A DNA stretch of 64,000 nt from an uncultured Verrucomicrobiae bacterium (GTDB lineage Bacteria; Verrucomicrobiota; Verrucomicrobiia; Chthoniobacterales; UBA10450). Positions 1-9,950 of this stretch are shown piece after piece. Position numbers and translations under genes: made by a program. Position 1 is the first letter of the stretch. The number at the start of each line of letters is the position of its first letter. The stretch is from the NCBI GenBank assembly GCA_963735805.1, contig CAVTMK010000004.1, forward strand, positions 320,001 through 384,000. The letters run 5' to 3'. Below the pieces are notes generated by a model that saw only the letters and a list, made by a program, of their open reading frames with translations, ran no database searches and was not told the DNA's origin.

Positions 1-724
1 TTGACGGACTCAATACCCGCAGATTTTCGCGAAGCTGATTCGCGGCGCGACTGAAGTTAAACGCATCACTGTTGACGTACCCGGTTGCAACCGTTTGCAG
101 TTGAGTCTGGACAGGCGCGAGCTGTGTGGCGGAATAGTATTTCGACCATCCTGATGGATCGACCCACGGATCTGTTTCTTTGGCGGGCGCGGGAACGATG
201 AGCAATGCGCTTCCATCCATTACATGAGCAAGAAGTGTAAGCCTGTCGCTGACACTTAGTGCTTCCTGCTGAACCCGCGACAACGGTTTCTCCGCCCGCT
301 TGAGTGCTTGCGCCTCAGTCGCGAGCCGCTGCAGTTCACTCGATCCGGTTAATTGCGCGAATGAAAAGCGTCGCTGCGTTCTATCGAGGCCAAGTTGCTC
401 GACTAACTGCCCTGATGAGACGAGCACCATTGGCTCATTCTTCCAGTCATGCGTCTCAGTCAAAGCCGACAACACGAAATCGTTCGGATCCCATGATCGA
501 CGCGTCTTATCCGTGTATGTCGATCTTCCGGTGATTCGAATCAGCGTTTCTTTTGCAAATGTGTCTACCGGTTTGCGCCGGCCACCGTCCTGAATCGCGA
601 GCAATCCCCATTGTTTGAAATCCAGGTTGCCGGTATTTCCAGTCGATACATCGGTTGCGCCAAAACTGGTGCTTTTAGATAGCGCGCTGACTAAGGCGAC
701 GAAAATGAGAAGTCGTAATTTCAA
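1..724 (-). CDS. ccsA: Cytochrome c biogenesis protein, CcsA/CcsBA-type, N-terminal part (runs off left edge)
   Basis: Not in ORF track. Manual translation from TTG at 724 stays open to the window edge: signal-like LKLRLLIFVALVSAL, then WGLLAIQDGGRRKPVDTFAKE, matching the QDGGRxKPxDT motif of the periplasmic domain of large CcsA proteins. Confidence 0.7.
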   Translation of the reverse strand, partial: MKLRLLIFVALVSALSKSTSFGATDVSTGNTGNLDFKQWGLLAIQDGGRRKPVDTFAKETLIRITGRSTYTDKTRRSWDPNDFVLSALTETHDWKNEPMVLVSSGQLVEQLGLDRTQRRFSFAQLTGSSELQRLATEAQALKRAEKPLSRVQQEALSVSDRLTLLAHVMDGSALLIVPAPAKETDPWVDPSGWSKYYSATQLAPVQTQLQTVATGYVNSDAFNFSRAANQLRENLRVLSPS

Positions 725-826
725 GCGTCTGGAATGTAGTTCTTCGCGCGAGTCATGTCGAGCCAGGCGATAAAGCCGTTTACTTCTCGTCAAGATCGCA
801 TCGAAAAGATTTTTTGGAGAATAGTG

Positions 827-855
827 TTGACGAACTTCTGCACTTTAAGTAAAAC
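827..855 (+). promoter_or_regulatory. Putative sigma70 promoter for the GH81 gene
   Basis: TTGACG (827-832), 17 nt, TAAAAC (850-855), about 105 nt before ATG 962. Confidence 0.5.
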
Positions 856-961
856 CCCGGGCTCCATCCGAACGTGGGCCAAAACGCTTCCGAAGGATTC
901 GTGATTCGCTTGTGGTTCTCCGGAGAAAAACCAATCCAAACGTCCTAGCTCCACTCAGAAA

Positions 962-3900
962 ATGGAAAAACACCAAAATAAATCTGTACGCGCTTTCTCG
1001 CTTCGAGTCACACCCGCGTCCCCACTGATATTCGTATCTGCATTTCTTCTCGCTGCTGCGTCGATCGCACAGGGCGCAGACATCATTTCAACCGGCCCCG
1101 TTAGCATTCTCAAGGGCAGCGACGCGATCAATCCGCGTCCTGGTACGCAAGGCGGCGGAGGAGAGTTCAACTCGCTTTTCTACGTATTGCCAGGGGAAGG
1201 CGAGGCACCGGACCCGGATCATTCCTCGCAGCATCAGGCTCCAAATCAACCGTTCTTCATCGCCTACGAGCCGACAGCCGGACCGGTGCAGTCGAATGAT
1301 TGGTGGACCGGGGTCGGGCTCCAGTGGTACGTCGATGCAACCAACTCGGGCTGGGCTTTCAGTTGGAGTGACGGCGTGATTCGCTCAAGCGGATTCATCA
1401 GCGAACCCTTCTACTATCAGTTCGTCGATTTCACCGGTGCGAGTGGTTCACAGCAGCCTCCTCTTCCGCCACCCCACGGTCTGCGGCTATGGAACCAGAA
1501 CGCCATTGCGGTGAAGACTGACGGCAAGATTAAGCCAACTGACTCGTTCAATGCCGCCAACAACATTGTTGACCGCGGTTTCCTCGCGCCCGAAGTCCAG
1601 GCAGTGGTGACCGTCGGCTTGGAAGGCGTACATCCGCTGGGCACGACCAAGCCAACGAGGGGGCCTTGGACGAACGTGCAGGTGCGGCAACATTCGGACT
1701 GGGGTGCGGTGCTGACCTACAAGGATGGCACAAACGAGATGGAGATCACGATGGCGAACGGATCGCCGTTCACATGGCTCGAGCGGAAACAGGGACAGGC
1801 AAATTTTCTGGTATGGGCCGGAGGCCCGACGGACCAGGGCGGTGCGCCTACTGTTTGGCAGAACGAGAACGGCGTGCTTGGACTGACGATCGATTCTTCA
1901 TTTAATCCAGACAACGCTATCCCTCAGACTGTATCCAAGGCCGCATACTTGGTCATCGCCGATCAAGGGACCTGGGTGCGGACGGACGCCACCAACGGCA
2001 AGCAATCGATGTTCAGGAACAGCACGGCAACGAAGGCGGTAGTGCTAGCGATGCCGCACAACATCCGGTTCGATACCACCTCGCTCCAGCGAGCCGCGAG
2101 CGACCTGATGCCCTTCGCATGTAGAAAGGTTGTCGGCACCCAGATCGACTATCCGCCCATCCCCGGTTCTCAAACTTCTGTCAACATAAATGGACAGCCA
2201 GTCACATTGGGCTACTCGCCGACAGATCACCATGTGGCTTTGCAGCTCCGGCTGACCACCCAGCCGTTTTTACCGAACTGCACGGCGTCCGACCCTATCC
2301 AGTTACTGTTTCCCCATCATTTCAAGTCGTTGCACCCCGGCCAGAGACCGCTGGTGGATAGCCGGTACACTTGGAACAGTATTATGGGCCCGCTGAGGCT
2401 CTACAAAAGCGGCGCATTCGTGCAGTTGATCGATACCGACGGTTTTCTGCCGTTTTTCCCGGATCTGGTAGCCGATTCCAATTTGCAAAATCCACTTCAA
2501 TCGAGGCAGTTAGCGGTGGAAGACATCTACGAAACGATGCGCAACTGGTTCTATAAGGAAGAGTTTCAGACAGGTGGGAACCATATTGATTCGTTTCTTC
2601 GCAACATCGGTACCTACGATAATCAACAGTTTAACACCTACGAGCAAGGCCTCTCCACTTTGATCGAGTCGATGATGATCGCGGATCAGTTGGCGCACTC
2701 CAGCAAGCTAACAGGCAATGACACCTCGACTAACAGCCTGCACGCTTGCCTGTGCAAACCGAAGACTCAGGTTGCGGCAGAGATGCGCGATTACATTTTA
2801 CAGGCGCTCAAGGAATTGGTCGGACAATGGGCTGACGTTTATACGGCACAGTTTATCCAGTACAACCCAACATTTAAGACTACCTACGGATTCCCGGCGG
2901 GCTTCGGGTCCGTTCAGAATCTGAACGATCATCATTTTCACTTTGGATATTTTCTGCGCGCGGCTGCAGCGATCGGCCGTTACGACCGACCATGGCTCGA
3001 TAGTTATCTGCCGTTCTTTGACGAGCTACGCAAGGATGTGGCGAACTACGATCGCAACGACGTCGCGTACCCATTTCTGCGTAACTTCAGTCCGTTCTAC
3101 GGACATAATTGGGCTAATGGCACGAGTCAAAACGGTGCCGATCAGGAGTCCACGAGCGAAGCGATCAACTTTTCCACCGGTCTCATCGAGCTGGGCTTTC
3201 TGCTGGGCAACAACGAATGGCGCGATATGGGCATGTACATGTACGAGCAGGAGATAGTCGCAGCGGAACAGTACCTGGTTTAATCAGGACGCAACGCTGC
3301 CCAATGTCGTACCGCGGCCCCCAATCGATCCTAATGATGTCCGCTACAACGGCAACTGGCCAGAGGAGTTCGTGACCTATAGAGGACCTGACGGCGGCGT
3401 CTGGCATACGACGCTGGCCGGGATCCTGGATCAGAGGTTTGTCAAGCGCGAGACTTTCTTCGGCGGCATCGATGCGACCTATTTCATCCACCTCATCCCG
3501 ATGAGCGCCAATACACTTTATGTGGGCAGGAACCAGGATTGGCTCCAGGCAACCTGGAAGCAATATCTGCTGGATACGGGCGCGGAGGGAAATCCCAATT
3601 TCCAGAGCCCGTTTGAAACCTTCATCGCAGCCTGGCAGGCACGGATGCCGACGAGCGGCGAGGGTATTAACGGGACCGGGCTTACCGCAGCGCTGACGCG
3701 TATCGCGCGAGAGCATACTTTCCAGTTCTTCGGACCCAATACCATGGCCAAGTACTGGGTGTACACCAACTCCCTGCTCGGGCAAGTGGATACATCGATC
3801 GTTGCTGACACTCCGGCCTATGGCGCATTCAAGGGTGCGGGAGGAAGCAACTCCTTCGTAGCGTACAATCCAACCAACCAAGCCATCACCGTCAACTTCA

Positions 3901-4802
3901 AAAACCGGGTAACGAACACTGATGTCGCTACACTGAGCGTCCCAGCGCAGTCCATGGCGAGCAAATCCTCGGGCCGTACCTCTACATTCAAACCCAGTCA
4001 GATCACTACGCCAGGAGGCAGGCTTTATCTAGGTCCTACGACCGGGCCCACGCCTCTGCCAATGACCGGACAACTCACCCACGCGGCGGGCACCTGGCTG
4101 CCACCCAATGGGACCTTTCCGTTCCCGAGGTTGTCAACCGATATCAGCAGGATCACGCCTTCGCTCAGCATCGTGCCGGTAGCTACCGGTAACTGCTCGG
4201 ACATCGATTTACCCGGAGAGGAGCACTGTCCGGATAGTAACAAAGCGTACGCCGAATGGACCGGCACGTTCAAGGGCACCCTTGTCGGTAGCAAGCCGTT
4301 TACTCAGATGGTCGTCTATACCGACCCGGCGCTTCACGTGGGCTGGCAGCAAGACCCGAACATCCGTGCCAACACTCACGTAAGAGTTGAATACTTTTTT
4401 GATTCCAACAGTACGGATCCCGACAGGATCGAGGTGTATACGCTGCCCTCGGTACACGGCAACAGCTTTGTGATGTTACAAAACAAGCTTACGCCGTACT
4501 ACTTCGGGTGTTACAGTGACAGTTCGAACTTTGGCGCATGTAACAGCATGGACTCCGGCCTCTATGGCCCGGATAATCCGGTTCTCAGCCCAGGCAAGAT
4601 TCAGCTGGACGATCGATTCGCCCCTGCGGAACCGTTCCCTGCCAGCGTGACGTGCGGAAAAATAAAAGTGCAACTGTACGGCCAGGCCGGTGCGGACAAT
4701 GCGGCAAAAATACCGGTACCCGTGTCAGTCGCTACTTCGCCACTGTTGAACAGGGCGTCCTGGGTGCAACCGCCGTACGATGGGGGCGAGTGTTCGCCTT
4801 AG
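962..4802 (+). pseudogene. Secreted GH81 endo-beta-1,3-glucanase-like protein (~1280 aa), split by a +1 frameshift at 3274-3275 (pseudogene or sequencing error)
   Basis: Signal peptide; GH81 motifs SNDWW, LNDHHFHFGYF and DQESTSEA. Removing one C from TACCTGGTTTAA gives AAEQY-WFNQD and joins ORF 962-3283 in-frame to ORF 3372-4802. Confidence 0.8.
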
Positions 4803-4852
4803 CGATAAAATTTATCGTTTCCGTTTGCGAAAGCTGAAGCAACGGGGCTAAC

Positions 4853-5710
4853 TTGAAACCCGTGTTCAGCCTGACCATGCTCGGCAGCGGGAGCGCGGGA
4901 AACAGCGCGCTGGTCGCAACGGATCACTGCAAGATTCTTGTCGACGGCGGACTGAGCGCGCGGCAATTGGTGCTGCGCCTGGAGCAGTGCGGAATCATGC
5001 CGGAGCAGATCGACGGCGTCCTTCTCACACACGAACACGGTGATCACGTTTGCGGTCTTGAAGTTCTCTGCCGCAAATTTGATGTGCCGATCTATTGTAA
5101 CGCATTGACGGCAGAAGCGGTTCGCTGCGACAGCCCGTTTGAACGACACCGCAACTGGCGAATCTTCGCGACCGGCGCCGACTTTTCGATCTGCGATATC
5201 GCCGTGGAAACATTTCCCGTCCCGCACGACGCGGTTGATCCGCTTGGATTCGTCTTTCACGCGGGCTCCGGCAGCCTCGGATTCGTCACGGACCTCGGTT
5301 ACGTAACTAAAATGATCGTCGAACGGTTGCGCCAGGTGCGCACGCTCGTGATCGAGACGAATCACGACGAGAAACTTTTGCAGAACGATACGCATCGGCC
5401 CTGGCCGGTGAAACAACGAATCCAATCGCGGCATGGCCATCTGTCGAACACAGCAGCGGCGGGCGTTATCGAGGAATTGTTACCGGGAAAAATCGAGCGC
5501 GTCGTACTCGGACATCTCAGCAGGGATTGCAACAGCCCTGAGCTCGCGCTCCAGACTGTGCGCTCGTCAGTGGCAAAGCACGGTAGAATGGAGGTGGAAA
5601 TCCATTGCGCCACCCAATTCGAAATCACTTCCCAATTTCGAATCGGTGAGACTGACTCCGGCCCGTTTCAACCAACGTTCGAGCATGCATTTTTCCGAAA
5701 CGCTGGGTAG
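4853..5710 (+). CDS. MBL-fold metallo-hydrolase (YycJ/WalJ-like)
   Basis: LGSGSAGNS, THEHGDH, HDAVDP, TDLG, ETNHD, GHLSN and GHLS motifs. Confidence 0.9.
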   Translation: MKPVFSLTMLGSGSAGNSALVATDHCKILVDGGLSARQLVLRLEQCGIMPEQIDGVLLTHEHGDHVCGLEVLCRKFDVPIYCNALTAEAVRCDSPFERHRNWRIFATGADFSICDIAVETFPVPHDAVDPLGFVFHAGSGSLGFVTDLGYVTKMIVERLRQVRTLVIETNHDEKLLQNDTHRPWPVKQRIQSRHGHLSNTAAAGVIEELLPGKIERVVLGHLSRDCNSPELALQTVRSSVAKHGRMEVEIHCATQFEITSQFRIGETDSGPFQPTFEHAFFRNAG

Positions 5711-5738
5711 CGCTCGTTTGCGCGCTCTTTCTATCTCA

Positions 5739-6077
5739 TCAGACAGCGTTTCGTTTCTTTTTCTTCCTGTTGGCCACATTCTTCGCCGCAGCGACGAGCG
5801 CGACGCGTAATGTACTGGCCTTCGCCGAGGCAAGATAAACGTTCGTGTAACCTTGCCGGCCCCACGAGCCGCTGGACGGTTTGAAAATCTGAGGTGCTTT
5901 CTCGATGAATGTGCGCTGCTGCTCCGGCGTAAGCTTTACCATCCCCCAGTTTTTGTCCGGCACACCAAGTGATGCGAAAATCTTTCCGCCAACACGGAAA
6001 TCCGGATGGTTCATGTGCGACAGCTCGACGGCCCCCGGAATTTTCAGAGCCATCTTTCGAAACTCGTCGATAGTCAT
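5739..6077 (-). CDS. MmcQ/YjbR-family DNA-binding protein
   Basis: HPDFRVGGKIFASL and WGRQGYT motifs, 112 aa. Confidence 0.8.
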   Translation of the reverse strand: MTIDEFRKMALKIPGAVELSHMNHPDFRVGGKIFASLGVPDKNWGMVKLTPEQQRTFIEKAPQIFKPSSGSWGRQGYTNVYLASAKASTLRVALVAAAKNVANRKKKKRNAV

Positions 6078-6100
6078 TTAGTGTGCTCCGGCGGCGTTTA

Positions 6101-6712
6101 TTATTTTCTGTGGCCGACCATTTCGCCTCGCATCGTGCGTCGATCGACACGGGTAAGGTTTTTCTTCATCGCCCGTGTCAGCAACGAAATGTGTGGGATT
6201 TCACAAAGATACTCAGCAATGAACCAGATCGGTTTATCCGTGATCATCCAGTTCAGGTGATCGAATCGGGCGAGATTTACCGGACGCGAATAACGCCGCA
6301 GCGTACGTTCGCCGCGCAGGTTGAAATAAATGTTGAAATAACTCATGGCCAGTTCGCGCAGGCTGCGATAAACCGGGTCGCGATAACGGCACCCGGTGAA
6401 ATTGGATTTCGCCACGGCACCCCAATGGCCGCGCATTTTGAAAATGGCAACGACGTGATCAGTGTCCTGTTCTGCTTCCAAATCGAAGATCAACGGAGGG
6501 AATCCGAGAACGCGAAGCGCAGCTGCGGCGAAAATCCCGCCTTCGAGACATGACGCGACGCGGTCCTGGAGGACTTTCTTTGGCGAGCGAGCGGTATAAC
6601 TGAGGTTGTAAGGCAACTCGTCGAGAAACTTCTGAACGCCAGCTGGCGTTTTCAGAGCGCGTAACTGTCGCGACTCCGATGGCATGAAACCGAAGTTGTC
6701 AGGCCTTGGCAC
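6101..6712 (-). CDS. Conserved hypothetical protein, transglutaminase-like (alternative start 6685)
   Basis: ASCLEGG, DTDHVVA, WGAVAKSN and LAMSYF motifs; Cys/His spacing suggests a papain/transglutaminase-like fold. Confidence 0.6.
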   Translation of the reverse strand: MPRPDNFGFMPSESRQLRALKTPAGVQKFLDELPYNLSYTARSPKKVLQDRVASCLEGGIFAAAALRVLGFPPLIFDLEAEQDTDHVVAIFKMRGHWGAVAKSNFTGCRYRDPVYRSLRELAMSYFNIYFNLRGERTLRRYSRPVNLARFDHLNWMITDKPIWFIAEYLCEIPHISLLTRAMKKNLTRVDRRTMRGEMVGHRK

Positions 6713-6742
6713 GACCGAAGCTCCAATATCGCCGGCCAGCTT

Positions 6743-8257
6743 TCATTTCTTTTCCTGGACGCGTGTAAAAATCCCCAAAGCTTCGTTTGCGAAGCCCTCA
6801 GCACTTCCGTCCTCACCGATCATAAATGTTGTGGTCGAGGGAACCTGGGTTGCGCCGGGAAATTGCATCAGGAACGCGCCATTATTCCAGTGTTTTAGCG
6901 TTGCGACATATTTCGCCGGACCAAATTGGACTTTCAATGCATCGCCATCGTGCAGGATCTCGCAACGGCCATAATAATCATTTTCGTAAGTACCGACTAG
7001 CGATTGCAGTGTGCCATTGAATTTCCCCGGATTCTTTGGTGTTGGCGGGGGCGCCAGGAATTTCTTCAGTTGTTGGTTGAACTCGAAAATCGCTTTTTGA
7101 TCCGCTTCGGGATCAAGGCCCAACAGTTGATTCAGAAAATACGCGCGCACAGCTTCGGGAAACGCGGTCAGATTGAGGTTGGCGAGAACGACAATTCCGG
7201 CGTTTTTATCAGGCACAAGCACCAGAGTCGTCCGCACACCTGCGAGAGCGCCACCTTTTTCAATGACCTGGTGTCCCGCATAATCATAACTGCCCACACC
7301 GAGTCCATAATAAAAACCGGTTTTGTCGCTGATTGGCGGCAGATCGCTGAAATCGATTTTGCTGACCATGCTGCGTTTGAAAATTTCTTCGACTGTTTCG
7401 GGCTTCAATATCTGTTTGCCGTCATACGCGCCCTTGTTGAGAAACATCAGCATCAATTTCGACATGTCCGCTGCCGTAGACGTGCCGGAACTAGCCGCTC
7501 CGGTGATGTCCAGTTTTGTTGGTTCGACCACGACAGCTTTGCCACCGACCAGCGCGTGCGCGGAGGTGGCGTTGGGGTCTTGCAAATCTTTCGTCCGCGT
7601 CCCGGACCGTGACATTTCCAAAGGTTTGAACAAGCGTTTTTCGACAAGATCGTTCCATGATTGCTGCGACGCGGCTGCGGCAACTTCACCGGCAACGAAA
7701 AATCCCGGATTCGAATACTGCGCTACCTCGCGCAAGCTGTATCGCGGCTTGAAAAACCGAAGGCGTCGCAATATGTCTGCGCGGTCATAGCCAAAACTGT
7801 CAAGCGCATCGCCTGTGTAGGCCGGCCAACCCGTGCGCTGCGCAAGCAAATCGCGTTCGGTCATGTACCGTGTCATGTACGGGTCGTAGCCGACAAATTC
7901 CGGCAGATAATTGAAGATCGGTGTGTCCCAATCGAGTTTACCGTCGTCGACAACCGTTGCCGCCGCCGCGCCGGTTAATGTTTTCGTAACTGATGCCAGT
8001 TGGAAGATCGTATTTTCGTCCACAGCGCCCGGTTTTGTCACATCGCGGATGCCATATCCTTTGAGCAAAACCGCTTTGCCGTCTTGCACGACTGCCACCG
8101 CGGCGCCCGGGACCTGATATTCCTTTAACGCTCTGGTGATGAATGCATCCAGATTCTGGATCGGATCATCCCCCGATGCGGCGGGAGCCGACTGCGTGGG
8201 CAAGAGGAAAGCCAGCGTCAAGAGACTAATGAGAGCAAACGTTCGCATGAGGATCAT
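6743..8257 (-). CDS. Secreted serine hydrolase (class C beta-lactamase-like) with DUF3471-like C-terminus
   Basis: Signal peptide; FQLASVTK (SxxK), QYSN (YxN), LVGTYENDYYG. Confidence 0.88.
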   Translation of the reverse strand: MILMRTFALISLLTLAFLLPTQSAPAASGDDPIQNLDAFITRALKEYQVPGAAVAVVQDGKAVLLKGYGIRDVTKPGAVDENTIFQLASVTKTLTGAAAATVVDDGKLDWDTPIFNYLPEFVGYDPYMTRYMTERDLLAQRTGWPAYTGDALDSFGYDRADILRRLRFFKPRYSLREVAQYSNPGFFVAGEVAAAASQQSWNDLVEKRLFKPLEMSRSGTRTKDLQDPNATSAHALVGGKAVVVEPTKLDITGAASSGTSTAADMSKLMLMFLNKGAYDGKQILKPETVEEIFKRSMVSKIDFSDLPPISDKTGFYYGLGVGSYDYAGHQVIEKGGALAGVRTTLVLVPDKNAGIVVLANLNLTAFPEAVRAYFLNQLLGLDPEADQKAIFEFNQQLKKFLAPPPTPKNPGKFNGTLQSLVGTYENDYYGRCEILHDGDALKVQFGPAKYVATLKHWNNGAFLMQFPGATQVPSTTTFMIGEDGSAEGFANEALGIFTRVQEKK

Positions 8258-8316
8258 TCTTATCTTTCCATCCCCTGAAACGCAAACAGAGCGACGAACG
8301 TCGCAATTTGGCGAGG

Positions 8317-8829
8317 TTACAACCCAATCGGGTGCCGGGCGTCAAATCCTCGCGGTGGACGATAAATGGTCTGCCAGCGCGGCGCCCATTTGCCGGTATA
8401 TCGGTCGTATGGTGTCGTATCAAGTCGCAGCCCGGCAATAATGGCGAAGGTATGCCCCTCACGCGCGTAGATGGTGATCCATTTGCCTGGGCCGCGCTCT
8501 CCATAGCTGCGGAACTCGGTCGAGCTCATCGGCGAACTAATTAAACCCGCCGCTCCAAGCACATAGGAGATTGTTCCGGAACAATCGTAGCCGTGATCAT
8601 CGAATGATTTATGACCGCCACCGTAGCGATATGGTTTGTGGCGAAGTTGATTGGCTGCCCAGATTGCGCGTTTGACTGCGAGCGGTGCATTCTTCGGCGC
8701 AGCTGCTTTGCCAAAACGAATACGGGCGGTTTTCCCAGACACAACAGGTCCAGATGGCGGAAAGAGATCCGCCCTCGCGGAGTTGCCGATCCATCCCAAA
8801 ACAACAATAACCAGCCACGCTCGAAGCAC
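8317..8829 (-). CDS. NlpC/P60-like peptidoglycan endopeptidase
   Basis: PYRYGGGH...YDCSG and GHTF catalytic Cys/His; signal-like N-terminus. Confidence 0.8.
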   Translation of the reverse strand: MLRAWLVIVVLGWIGNSARADLFPPSGPVVSGKTARIRFGKAAAPKNAPLAVKRAIWAANQLRHKPYRYGGGHKSFDDHGYDCSGTISYVLGAAGLISSPMSSTEFRSYGERGPGKWITIYAREGHTFAIIAGLRLDTTPYDRYTGKWAPRWQTIYRPPRGFDARHPIGL

Positions 8830-9110
8830 TGCGCGAAGGTGCTGGCCCAGCGGAATCTGATGGTTAATCGGACAGATAGACTTCCTCCAGGAGCGTGTCG
8901 TATCCCAGAAAGTGTCCGGATGAAAAGGAAAAAATTACGGCTGGTCTTTGAGGGGGTTAGAGAACTCGCAGCGCCTGCGCTCATGCTGGCTTTTGGACTA
9001 GAAAATAGGCGACCGGCGGTTCGCCCTTTGCGCCCTTGCGAATTCCGCCGGTCAACCAACCGAAAATGTATCAACTCCGCCGCCGAGGGAATCAGCGGGC
9101 GAAGTATATA

Positions 9111-9773
9111 TTAGCCTGCGTCTGCGTAACCGTGGTCTGCTTCGTAGGAGCGGATTGCTCGCCGTGTCTGAGGGCCCAGGACGCCGTCGATTGACCCGCG
9201 ATAATATCCAGCGCGGGAGAGTCGGCGTTGGAGCTCAGCCACTCTCGACCGGGTGGGAGAGCTGTATTGCCTATTGTTGCCGTAGCCGTACCCATACCCG
9301 TTACCGTAGCCATAGTCCCCGTATCCGTTACCATAGCCGTAGTTCCCGTAGCCATAGCCGGGATATCCGTAGCCGTAGTAACCGTACGGATAACCGTAAT
9401 CATAATATCCGTAATAGGGGTAGCCCCAGGAAGGATAGCCCCAGCCCCACCACCCTGGGAAGCCGAAACCACCGATGAAGATCACATTATTATGGCCGTG
9501 ATTATGATGCCAATTGCCGTTCCAGTTGCGCCCGTTCCAGTTACGCCCGGCCCAATTTCGGCCATTCCAATTTTGTCCATTCCATGCCCGGCCGTTCCAT
9601 GTCCGCGCACCCATCCCAGGCCGTCCAACCATTCCCGGGCGCCCGGCCATTCCGGGGCGTCCACCGAAAGAATGACCGCCGCCACCGCCGTGCGGCGCAG
9701 CTGTCACCAACGGGGAAGTCAATGTTACGGCAAAAAAGTAACTCAACGAAAATACAAGCCTTGAATGATTCAT
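9111..9773 (-). CDS. Secreted Gly/Tyr/Asn-rich repeat protein with C-terminal peptidoglycan-binding domain
   Basis: Signal peptide; GRPGM x3, WNGRN-type repeats, YGYG tract; LQRRLSRAGYYRGSIDGVLGPQTRRAI matches the PG_binding_1 pattern. Confidence 0.8.
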   Translation of the reverse strand: MNHSRLVFSLSYFFAVTLTSPLVTAAPHGGGGGHSFGGRPGMAGRPGMVGRPGMGARTWNGRAWNGQNWNGRNWAGRNWNGRNWNGNWHHNHGHNNVIFIGGFGFPGWWGWGYPSWGYPYYGYYDYGYPYGYYGYGYPGYGYGNYGYGNGYGDYGYGNGYGYGYGNNRQYSSPTRSRVAELQRRLSRAGYYRGSIDGVLGPQTRRAIRSYEADHGYADAG

Positions 9774-9950
9774 GTTAGGTGGGGTTTCTAATTATTAGAC
9801 ACCGCACTCCCAAGAAAGTCTCGGTTTTTTTTACGGTGGCTGAAGAATAAATCGGATGGATGTCAGCGCTCGCGTACAGGCACAAAGCAGAGTTTCGCTC
9901 TGATTACTTGCTCGCCAGTACCCGGTCGCGACGATTATCGTTTCGCAGAA

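Noticed and set aside
3270..3283. Programmed ribosomal frameshift in the GH81 gene
   Set aside because: No slippery run or homopolymer at the site; a point insertion or read error is simpler.
9255..9660. Tandem DNA repeats that could suggest a CRISPR array or VNTR
   Set aside because: They are codon-level repeats of a Gly/Tyr-rich protein, with no constant repeat-spacer structure and no cas genes.
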